Of a DNA stretch of 64,000 nt, positions 53,701 through 64,000 are shown piece after piece. The notes beneath the pieces are model-generated. The model was given only the letters and a program-made list of their open reading frames with translations. It did no database searches and was not told where the DNA came from. The stretch spans positions 18,838,213 through 18,902,212 of the forward strand of contig OZ234493.1 in assembly GCA_965153455.1 (NCBI GenBank). Reading direction: 5' to 3'. The position numbers and the translations under genes are program-made. The stretch comes from Sphagnum compactum (taxonomy: Eukaryota). How positions within the stretch are numbered: the stretch's first letter is position 1; the number at the start of each line of letters is the position of its first letter.

Positions 53701-55330
53701 GCAATATGTAGTAGTTGCATATGGATCAAGTATAAACTAAATGCCAATGTTTGGACGTGCCATATATGGCTAGCCATTTTGTTGAAAGAATTAGTAAGAA
53801 TATTAATATGTACTTGTTGTAAAAAATAAAATGGTTTTGTTAATTAGCTATGTAGAACCCGAATGTAAGTTTGTTCATCAATGTGAACTAAATTAAAATA
53901 TTCATCAAATGAAATGTCTTGCCTAGTTCCCATTTCACGTGATGGAAAAAAAAATTGTTTACTTTTGTTGCTATGATTTTTTTGTTGGAAAGAAAAGAAT
54001 TTGGGGTTTTGTAGCGGCTCAGGGATTTTAGTTTTTTGCAAGGTGGCAAAGGATAGTGAAATTTGCACACCAAATGCCCTCTCTTATTACATATAGGTGA
54101 ATGTCACTAACATTGGGCTTGTTGTATTTAGATAAAAATGTTTTAGTACATGTAATGTATTTGTCAACAAATGAAGCAATATTTTCATTTGTGTTTATTT
54201 TTATATTGAAGCATTTTTAATCTATGATAGTCCATGATCATGTTCATTTTCACAATGTTGGAATCAATAACAAAAAAGAAATCAATAATATTTTTTTTAA
54301 ATACTAAAATTTTTCTTTATCAAATCTATAAAAGCAAATGTTCAATGGTCATAGCTAGTACCTAGCACAGGTAACATGGCCACTTCAAATTAATATGGTT
54401 GTGTCTACACTTTCCAAAACTTCAACTTTGTTTAATAGATCAAGATGCTTCACATTCAATTTTAAATTATTTCAATTAATGAATCCCATAATCATTTTGC
54501 ATTAATAAATGTCACAAAGAATGTTGATGGACCAAGTTGATGAATGATGGTAAACAAATTATTTTGTAACCCTTCCATATAATCTGGATATGTTCATAAA
54601 TTAACTAGGTCTTGGAATTCAATTTATGATTTAAGAATCTTATTAAAATTTTGTTTGTTGGTGACTTGATTTGCTTTTAAATTTCTACTAAAAAAATTTC
54701 CTTTTCTAATTCTTATTCAATTTGAATCTCTAAATTTTTTAATACATATTTTTATGCCTTTAAAAACAATGTTTGGAACATTGGTTGCAAAGTCATGATT
54801 ATTGTGTAAACGGTTTGCATTAAACAATTTTTGAGTAGAAAAAATGCTTATAAATTTTAGAGTCATAGAACAAAGGGGAAAAATTCAACTCCTCACTATA
54901 TTTGTCCTTGAAAAGGCTAAAAAGACAATTATTTTCATTTGGAGATATAGAGGTGATGACATTTTCATGATCATGTATAGTTTGTAATTGTAGAAAATTA
55001 TGAATGAGTGCATCTAATATTATGTTGTTTTGAGCATGGTCTTCATCAATGTTGTTTTCAAAGGTTGAAGTATGACTTGAAATTTGTTCATCTTCTTAAA
55101 GACAATGTTCTATTCTATGGTGGAGAGCAAATAGACTTAACTATTGGGGATGGACAATGACATTTAATTCTTTGTAAAGTGGTGTTTTGAAGAGATTATT
55201 TAAAACAACCATCACATGATTTCATAATTACCAAGTAAGTACTTATACTCCAACTTGTAAATCCTATAATTGCTTCATTGTGAGGTAGTCTAAACAAAAT
55301 AGATTGTGTATTGTCAATGTTTTTGCATGA
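50760..55330 (-). mobile_element. Degenerate Helitron Rep/PIF1-helicase coding remnant
   Basis: Minus-strand remnants CKFHYPLPP, FILDPYATTTYC, EQRAIYDDII...FLMGIART*KTFTLKVI (Walker A), IGGLPIH, YLVVIDEISLVG (Walker B), MRQND, GFVNGADG and FPIELVAKTIHKHQG; many stops and frameshifts. Confidence 0.85.
51891..52537. mobile_element. TIR element with 4-bp ATAT TSD inserted in the Helitron helicase
   Basis: TIR GGGTCTTAGCATGGTTGGGTGGACCAA / TTGGTCCACCCTACCATGCCAACACCC. Removing it plus one ATAT restores the minus-strand frame IHCTLNIPINQ. Confidence 0.85.
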
Positions 55331-56149
55331 ACATTGATCATAATCCCATTTAACTTGTATTTTCCAAATGATAAATTCAAAATAATAAATCTAGGAGAGA
55401 TTACTCATTCTTCTAGATATGTTACGTTTGAATAGATTTGACGACTTGATTTTTTCTTATTTTTTTATGGTATTTTAAAATGCACTTTTTACTTTTTAAA
55501 TATAAAAAGGGGTATTGCATCCTTGGATGGACCCACTAAGAACTACCTCAAGGAATGGTAAAACTATCAAAATAATTTTATTTTTATTTTTTTCATAGCC
55601 ATTTTTTTTTCTCATGTCTATCCATTGCATACCAAAATACAAAATCTAAAGTGTTCATTGGAATTTTTAAAATGTGAGAAATATGGCAAATTCAATTTCC
55701 TAATTACAATTGTCTTTTTTAGAATCATTCTCCTAAAATTTGGAAATTCATAATTAAATTATACCTACTCAACTAACTACATAATACAAAATTCAAATAA
55801 AATGCCTTCTAAAGTACCTATGAAAATTATTTTTAAATAAAGTATCAAAACATGTTTGAAACTTGCGTTTTTAAAAAAACATTCACTACTATAAAAGTGT
55901 GGTGTAGTTCATTAGGCTATTTCATTGTGCAAACATAAAAGTGAATTAAGTTCACTATAATTTCATTGCTCTTACTTTCATTGGTGAAAATGGTTCACTA
56001 TATTGTGTACATGTTTATTAAGGATGAAGTTTGTTTACTAGATTTTTTTTTAACATTATTAAAATAATTATTAAAAAAATCTTTAGTTAATTGAGTTTAA
56101 GACATTACTAAATTAATTAGTTAAATGTGACATATTTTATCTATATATT

Positions 56150-59100
56150 CCCATTTCAAGCATTGATAATGCGTTTGAGAATCTGAAGCTTCAAGCAGAG
56201 CTGCGAAAACAAGGAAGAAAGCATGGTGCTGGTGATGGCCCTCCATTCTACTACTGCAACAGCAGCAGCAATGATGGAGAAACAGAAGAAAGAAGAAGAA
56301 GAAGCTGGATGGGATTCTTCCTTCATGATGGGTTGTTGCAGCCGATTGTGGGTGTGCACTACTACCTTGTGTTCTGCGAAAGGAGAGATCACCACTTAGG
56401 CTTTCATGTCTGGCTTGATCGACCACAAGCTCTAGATCATCATCGTTGTCGAAGAAGCAGCATCTCCTCCTCCTCCTCCCCTCAATTCTTGTCTTACAAG
56501 AGACTAGCATTGAGTAATTCTTCGTACATGGAGTTTTTGCAGGAGGAGGAGGAGGAGGAGAAGAAGCACAAGCTGCTACTGCTGGAGGAGGAGGAGGAGG
56601 AGCAGCAAGGTGGGGGGAGACTAGGGTTCAATCTGGAGAGATTGCGATGGCTGTGGTCCAAGGAACCTGCATCGGCATTTGCAGGAGCGAGCAGCAGTAG
56701 CAGGTTGAGAACAACGACACTGGGCTTGCAACACACGATGAGGAAGAAGCAGCAGCGATGCAACTTCCAAGTACTGCAAAAGAGAGAGAATCTGAAGCTG
56801 GTCTTGAGAACAACAGTAGCTAGCTGGTGGTGGTGGTGGTCGTCAGCGGGAGGAATGTCACCGATTGCTCGACAGCAAAGCTTCTTGTTCAAAAGATGGA
56901 AGAAGAATTGGACGTTCGGCGGCGGCAGCCGCAGGAGCAGCAGTACAAGAAGAACAACTTCTTCCAACAGCAGCAGCAACATATTGGCGCTTCTGAGGGA
57001 ACAAAGGGATGATGACGATGACGTGCAGCTTCCGCAATTCAACAGGATACAGATCACCTACTCCTCGCACAAAGGGGAGAGGTTCTATGGATTCGGCGAG
57101 TAGTTCTCGCATTTCGACATGAAGGGGAAACGCGTCCCCATCCTGGTGCAGGAACAAGGTCTTGGTCGTGGTGACCAACCCATCACAGCTGCTGCAAACC
57201 TCGTCGCCCACAGGTGCTGCTGCTTCACCATCTCATCATTGCTCTCCTCCCATCATCCCTCCTGCATCTTCTTCTTCTTCTTCTGTTCCTCCTTGTGGAG
57301 GATTTGGGTTTTTGCAGGCTAAGTGTCTGCTGGGCTACATCGATTCTGCAAAAACCTACATCAATCATAGCACAATGCATCATCCCAGATCATCTATTCC
57401 CTTGTGGATTTGGGTTCTTGCAAGCTAAGTGTTTGCTGGGCTCCATTGAATCTGTGAAAACCTACATTGATCATAGCACAACCCATCATCCCAGATCATC
57501 TGTTCCTTGTGAATTTGGGTTCTTGCAGGCTAAGTGTCAATCAAGCAGAATTTTTCCTTCCTTGCAAGGTAAGGATCTGCTACTCGATCGAGGAGCAGAA
57601 TGTCTTGTCAGTGAAGGAGGTTTGCACACTTCAAGGGGAAGGACGTAACTGAGGCTTGTTTGCTGTTGTTGTTGGTATTTTTCCAATGTGATTTGCTGAT
57701 TGCAGAGCAGGAGGAGCTTGGCATACAACGTATGCTCCTTCTCCACATTACATGACTTCCGATCTGCACTCTGTGTTTCTGGAGAATTTCGAGTACTCAG
57801 TGTTTGACTTGACTCATCATGATCGTGTCCACTTGCAAGTGTGTGTCCCTCTTTCAATCCCTTGAACACTTGTGAAAAAATCTGATGAAGAGTTGAGAGA
57901 AAGAGCTCAAGGAAATTCCAAATCCTGTAGAATGTTTTTGTAGCAGTCAGTCCTTTATAATATCCAACAATTGCAACAAGCAAAGTGCAAGAGGGAAGAT
58001 GAAAGAAGAAGAAGAAGCAAAACATGAGAAGCTCAAAGTGAAAGAGGAAGAAGAGAATTCTGCAATTGTCCAAAAGCTCTTCTTGGGGTATTGTTGTTTG
58101 CACTTGGGATCTTGTGGGGGTTGTGGTCAGAGTGTTGCATGGATAAGAGTTTAAGGGAGTGGTACAGGTTCATGCAGGTAGTGTGCAGGGGCGTATATTG
58201 CAAGGACATACACCAGCAGAACTGATCAAACATTACACTGCAGCAACGGGACGCATGTGAGAACTTCCGAGCTGGATTACAAAGGGTGCAATTGTGGGGA
58301 TGCAAGGTGGATTACAAGTTGTGCATCAAGTCTGGGAGAAGCTTCAGGACTTGGATGTGCCACTCTCTGCTTTCTGGCTCTAAGTGAGTGTAGAAGAAGC
58401 TCCCAGTTGACTTATGGTTTTGTTCCTCCTTGAACTGTGTACACACCATTTCTAAACTGCAGAAAGATTCAGCAATGCAAAAAAGCCTAATAATATACTG
58501 GGGATCTGTTTTCCAGGACTGGGTAGGCCAGAGAAAGACCAACATTGGGTGGCAACTCTGGTGGAATTGGGAAGTGGACTCACAAGCACATCCTGACTGG
58601 GAAAAGCTGGTGCAAGATCTGCGAGCACATGGCATTCGCACTATGACTTATTGCAATCCTTTTCTCGCCTCTGTGAGTGATACATAGACTTTATCCTGCT
58701 TGCTTATGATGCTAGTTATATCCCATCCTGTAGAAGAATTTGCTTGATTGATGACAGTCCTCATGAATTTCTTTTCCCTGCTATATCCTCTTGCAATGCC
58801 TTCCCAGACAGATGAGAGCCCAACAGAAGACGGAATATGTTTGATGATGCCAAGAATGAGGGGATGGTTGTGGGAGATAACCTGGTGCACCTTACATGAT
58901 TCCAAATACAAGCTCGATGCTGCCATGGTGGACCTCACGAACCCAGCTGCACGCAAGTGGTTCAAAAGTATCTTACACGACATGGTTAAGACTGGCGTCC
59001 ACGGATGGATGGCTGATTTTGGGGAGTCCTTGCCTTTTGATTCCTGCCTCTACTCTGGTACATACCCTAAGCCCTTCTTCACAAAATGTTGACCCAAGCC

Positions 59101-59416
59101 AGAGTACATCTTCATTGCTAACTACATATAAGAATGGATCAGTTGCAGTCTCTAGTTTTTATATCTGCCAAGACTTCCCCTTGCATGTCATGTCCCTAAC
59201 TGATGCTCATATACAAAATTTCACGGCTGTGGGTTCTTCTTTCTTGAGTTGCATTAAATTGTATGTTCTTGCAAAGGGCTAACAACAAACGGGGTAACAC
59301 TGCATGCAGGTGAAGACCCTGCCACAGCTCATAACAAGTACCCAGAGCTGTGGGCAGAGTTAAATAGGGAGTTCTTGGAGGAGTGGGAGAAAGAGCACAA
59401 AGTGCAGAGGCGCTAA
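56150..59416 (+). pseudogene. GH31 alpha-glucosidase, sulfoquinovosidase (YihQ)-like gene fragment; exons ~56150-57213, 57706-57838, 58168-58383, 58517-58672, 58808-59057, 59310-~59416
   Basis: Peptides ERFYGFGE*FS, VQEQGLGRGDQP, TTYAPSPHYMTS, GAIVGMQGG, AFWL*DWVGQR...WWNW, YCNPFL, VDLTNP, GWMADFGE (nucleophile) and AHNKYPELWA. GT-AG introns. Stops at 57101, 58258 and 58381; three apparent 1-nt deletions in exon 5; truncated at both ends. Confidence 0.9.
57291..57537. repeat. ~107-bp tandem repeat (2.3 copies) in intron 1 of the GH31 fragment
   Basis: CCTTGTG..ATTTGGGTTxTTGCAxGCTAAGTGT recurs three times. Confidence 0.9.
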
Positions 59417-62400
59417 TAAAGTTAGTGGGTAGTAGTCATGGCAACCCATCACTGCTATTTCTAACGAAGGTGATGGTCTGACATTTTGTGATGAGCAACT
59501 CTTTTAAGTTTTTGTCTGCACTCCTTGTCCTGTTCCTGTCAAAGTGTTGTTAAGGAGATTTCTCTGCACTTTCATAGAGTTGTGTTAATAATCTGTCTGA
59601 TTTTGCTAAATTCCTGCATACATATTTGCTTCTATGGCAAAGAGGATGCTCTCTCAGAAAATGAGCTGGTACATGGCAGGATCCAGCTACAGGAACTGCC
59701 CATTGCACATTGGGCCCTTATTGGGCATCAAAACTTGGAAAGAAAGAATTGAAAGCGTTTCAAGTAAGGAAATTGATCAATAGTTGTATTCCACTTGAAT
59801 TTGGGCATCATTTATTACCATCTTGTTTCACTAGCTTAATTGACCTGTTCGTAGCAACTGGTCCCCATTCACTAAGGGGTTAACATGTTTTACCATGATT
59901 TCCTATAGTGAATTTGTCCTAGTTCACTCAAATCCTAGTGAAATACAAGGTGAACTTGGCCACCTCCTAGTAGTGATTCAAAGAAAAAACACCATGTGAC
60001 AGTCTTGAAACTTTTTTTTAATGAAGTGATTACAAACATCAAAATACATAATATTTTTTTATCGCATTAAAGATTAAAATTCTATACAACCTAATTAGTG
60101 CAATCAAAAAAATTCAAATGAAAAGTTTCATTTAAATGTTTCTTATTATTTTAAAGTTCAATAGGTCTAATAAAAGGAAAAAGATGACATTCATAGTGGG
60201 TCCACCCAAGGATGCTTATACATGAAGACAATTACTACAAATATGGAAATTTTCATGCTATGATTATAATTCCGTCATTGTGGAAATATGCATTTGATTC
60301 AATAATTCATTTGATATTTTGGTCATTTGTTTCATGAAAAACAACCTCTCATAACAAAAACAAACATAAATGGGAATGTCCAAAACATGCATCTTAAAAA
60401 CATCAAAATAATAATAATTCATTATACAATGTAAATGAACTTCTTGAACTAATGGGATTTCATAGTTGGAGTTTGTCTTGTTAAAAATAGTTTATACTTA
60501 TATTTGATGTTTTTTGAGCAAGATATTTCATGTTATACAAGTTTGGTTTTTGTTTTGTCAAAATTTGTATTATTTTTTAAACATATGTGAGTTTTTTCAT
60601 TGAAAGAAAAATGTATATGGGATTGTAATAAAATTTCAATGGGTGTATGGGCTTGGCCCTATGAGTTGGGTGCATTTGGATTTGTGATGCAAAAGTTCTT
60701 GAATATTGAATGATTTTTTCACTGAAAATTAAATTGAATTGTAGCTGAAATTTTTGAAGGAATTGGAATGTGCCTTTGGTGTTGTTGGAAAGATTTTGAT
60801 GAGCAGGATTTAATGGAATTTATTTGGTAAGATTTGGATTTAGAATGTGGGAAATATTGATTTTTTAAATGATTTCTGCCGCTGAAAATTCAAATAAATT
60901 CCAAAAAACCAGGTTTTGGAAGGAAAAATCAGTTGAGGATGTGGTAACACTTGGGCCAACGGCACATGCCACACCAGTAGAATGTTACAATTGAATTGTA
61001 TCAATTTTTAATTTTTTTTAAATGGGTTAATTTAATGTGTTTCACTTTTTATGACATTAACAAATTCAAATAATCATGACTTGATATGAACATGTTGGCA
61101 AGTTTTTTCATGGATGAGTTTGGTGAGTCGAAAACACATTGAAGTATTTCATGATCAAGTTTCTTGTTCCAATGGAATCTTGAATGTTTTTGTGGAATTT
61201 CTTCCATCACAATGATTGAAAGTCTTAAAGGCTATGAAAGTTATTTGTAATTAATTCCAGTGACATTGGAACTAGTCTATATGGGGTTCTTTGCAAAAAG
61301 TTTCATAGGTCACTTCTACAGGACCATTCCAAAGACAATTAAAAAATAACTACCTCATTTTCAAGCCTCACTACTTCATAACTATTTCATGACTTCTTTC
61401 TTTATGACTACTTCCTTTTCCTATTAACTTTCATAATAACTATCTCCCACCTTTCTCCTATCCACCAACATATATATATAAACATATGTATTTTCATGTC
61501 GATGAAATGTATATTAATTTAAATTAAATTTGACATTGACATAAATATATGAAAACATAAAAAAAATTAAAATAGTTGATCGTCACTAGTAACACATAGC
61601 ATTGCAAAGCTCAAATATATTGAACATGAAAGAATTATTTGAAAAAAATATTGAATATGAAGATGTGACTTTAAGTTGTCACCAACAACTTTTTCAAATG
61701 GAACACACTTGATTAATCTTTATGCAGTGTAGGAAAAATGGTTTTATATGAAATTTTCAAAAAACAAATGTCAAAGATGTATGTTCATAACAAGATCAAC
61801 TAAGACTTGAAAATTGGTAAATGAGGTGAAACTTGAATATTAGATAACCAAAAAAGTTTGAAAGTTGAAAATTCTATCATCTCCAATTAGTGAGATTATA
61901 ACTTGATAATGAGAGTTGAAAACTATATAACTAGATGTTACAAATAAGAAGGTGATATAATCTAATAGGTATATCTAATAACAAATTCTTTAAAGAGGAG
62001 AATAAGAAAGTTGGGTCTACAATCAAACACTAGAAGATTGCCATTTTTAATGAGGTTCAAATCCATGCATCATTATCCATTGCAAAGATTTTTAACATCC
62101 TTTCATATTTGGGACAAGTGGAGTCATCAAATTTGCAAGTTGTGAATGCCTTTGTAACACAAAATGTTACAATTAATCCACCAAAAAGTGCAAAAATACT
62201 CACTTTGCTTCTCATGGTCATCTACTTGCATCTAATGGCACACATTAGTCTACTTCTATCCATCTTCAACACAGATCATGAGAAGCAAAGTGATCTTAAT
62301 CTCCTCTTACCATGTAGAACGTCATTGCTTGACCACAACATTCCATTCATTAGTGGGCTCCAATCAACCTATGAAAATTAGGTCCTCAATAATGTGCATG

Positions 62401-64000
62401 GGGGTTGAACTTAGGGTAAATGCAAAAGAATGCAAGACATTATAAGAGCTTGTTCACTTATGCTCCCCATATTTGCCACAACAATAATGACATAATTTAG
62501 TTTTTCTTTATGGAAGAACTCTTCAATTGTTGCTTATGTTGTGAAACTAAGCTCCTTGTGTGTTCTCACTTTTCACCAATAATAAGTAATAGCATCATGA
62601 GATCTTATCCCATATTCTTTAATGCACCATTTTTTACAACACATTCTTATACCATATTCTTTAGTGCACCATTCTTTACAAAACACATTATTGACATTGA
62701 AGCCATGTTCCTAATGTTCCCGTATTAAGGGTCATTGTTGACACAAAAAATGAAATTATAATTTCTATCACATAAGGGATGAAGTCAACAAATCCATTTT
62801 GGAATGTTGTATTCTAATGTTCAAGAAATATGTTTTTGATCATGTATTTTTTATCTAGTTTTGGGGAAGATCAATAATCTTCTTTTAAAAATTTCAATAT
62901 AATTTTGACAATTTGTACAACAAATATTGAGCCATTTTTAACAACTTTAAGGTAACATTTTTTAGTTGGTTAGTTTTTGAAGGGTTTATAAAGAAATATG
63001 ACATCAACACTAATAAAAATATGTTTATATGAAATCCATTTTATTCAATGGAAAGAGCTAATGTTGTCTAGGTATCTATTTGAGCATGTGAAAATCAATG
63101 GTTTTGGATCTCAGGTACATTAACTATCGATTGACAACTTTCAAACAAAATCAAAATATTGATTTTGGAACTAGTGTTAGAACCAGACCCAAAATTAAGA
63201 ATTTGCTTTCAACTATAACTCAAAACCAAAATTGGCCCTCAAATGAATTTTATTCAAGGTTCAATTATTCATTTTCTTTAAAATATTTGATTTGATTTTC
63301 TCAATTGGCATTAGAAATGTTGTTAATGTGAAAAATAATTCAAGTGTACATTTTTAATATTAGATTTGGCAATGGGGTGGGGTGGGGGTCTCCAATGGGA
63401 ATGTAGTTGTTACTTTTAAAACATGGTTCAATTTATGCAAAAAAAATTCCCCCCTTTTTGGTTTAAATATGTAGTTGATATATGTTATTATTAGACTTGC
63501 TTATGCATTTAAAAAAAAGAACTAGGGACTTAGAGTCTTGACATGTGAAGAATTAGGTTTGCAACTAAACAAAAGGTTCTAGCAAACAAAAACAATGCCT
63601 TGAACCAAAATTGAAGGTTCTTTTTATAGAAAAAAGTTGAATCTAAGATTAGATGTTCCTTTTAAAAACAAGAACTAGACAACATTGGAAAAAACCACAA
63701 CACTAATCTTTTCAAGGTTTTCAATGTGAAAGATTTCTAAAACAAGTAAAAATAAAACTACAAAAGGAATTTTTGAAATTTCTTAGTTGCAATTTGAAGT
63801 TTTATTAAACATTTGTTTATTATAGGTGTCAACATATGATATTAAGCTTTTAATTGGCATTACAATGACCTTGGTGGTATTGTGCTTTGAAGGAGGATTG
63901 TGTTATGACATTCAATTAATTGAGCTATGTGTAATCCATTCTTTTGCATCTCATTGTATTTCATTTAGAGCAAGAGGTTTAACTGCATTTTATTCTTATG

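Larger units (their letters stand above)
55884..59975 (+). mobile_element. Pack-CACTA: non-autonomous CACTA element carrying a captured host gene fragment
   Basis: Termini CACTACTA...TAGTAGTG; 3-bp TSD ATT (55881-83, 59976-78); both arms homologous to 24650-27581; no transposase inside. Confidence 0.88.
55517..60215. mobile_element. ~0.6 kb TIR element split by the Pack-CACTA insertion
   Basis: GCATCCTTGGATGGACCCACTA (55517-55538) / TAGTGGGTCCACCCAAGGATGC (60194-60215), 21/22 inverted match. Confidence 0.7.

Noticed and set aside
49337-55890. Single CACTA-ended element encoding Helitron proteins
   Set aside because: Arm orientations show that 49337-50430 is a self-contained copy and 55884 opens a different element facing away; the Helitron remnant merely lies between them.
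56121-58641. Several long minus-strand ORFs over the GH31 region
   Set aside because: By-products of GC-rich trinucleotide tracts; conserved motifs and splice sites are on the plus strand.

Overview
AT-rich, intron-containing, transposon-dense plant genomic DNA, probably a bryophyte and possibly Sphagnum (inferred from the NLR architecture and repeat style, not proven). Main content: (1) a minus-strand cluster of three dienelactone-hydrolase-family (DLH, plant 'endo-1,3;1,4-beta-glucanase-like') copies: one running off the left edge, one decayed internal fragment and one intact 7-exon gene. (2) A minus-strand alpha/beta-hydrolase-NB-ARC-LRR (HNL-type) immune receptor. Its LRR region is a ~3.2 kb array of about 44 near-identical 72-bp units; only the first ~16 are in the open frame and the rest lie behind a frameshift and stop codons. 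(3) An intronless, 5'-truncated NPK1/ANP-type MAPKKK pseudogene. (4) A decayed Helitron Rep/helicase. (5) A 4.1 kb non-autonomous CACTA element (CACTACTA ends, ATT target-site duplication) carrying an intron-containing fragment of a GH31 sulfoquinovosidase-like gene (Pack-CACTA). The rest is MITEs, hAT/LINE/piggyBac-like remnants and minisatellites. Coordinates were read by eye: splice sites were checked for GT/AG and frame, while ends of decayed elements are approximate.
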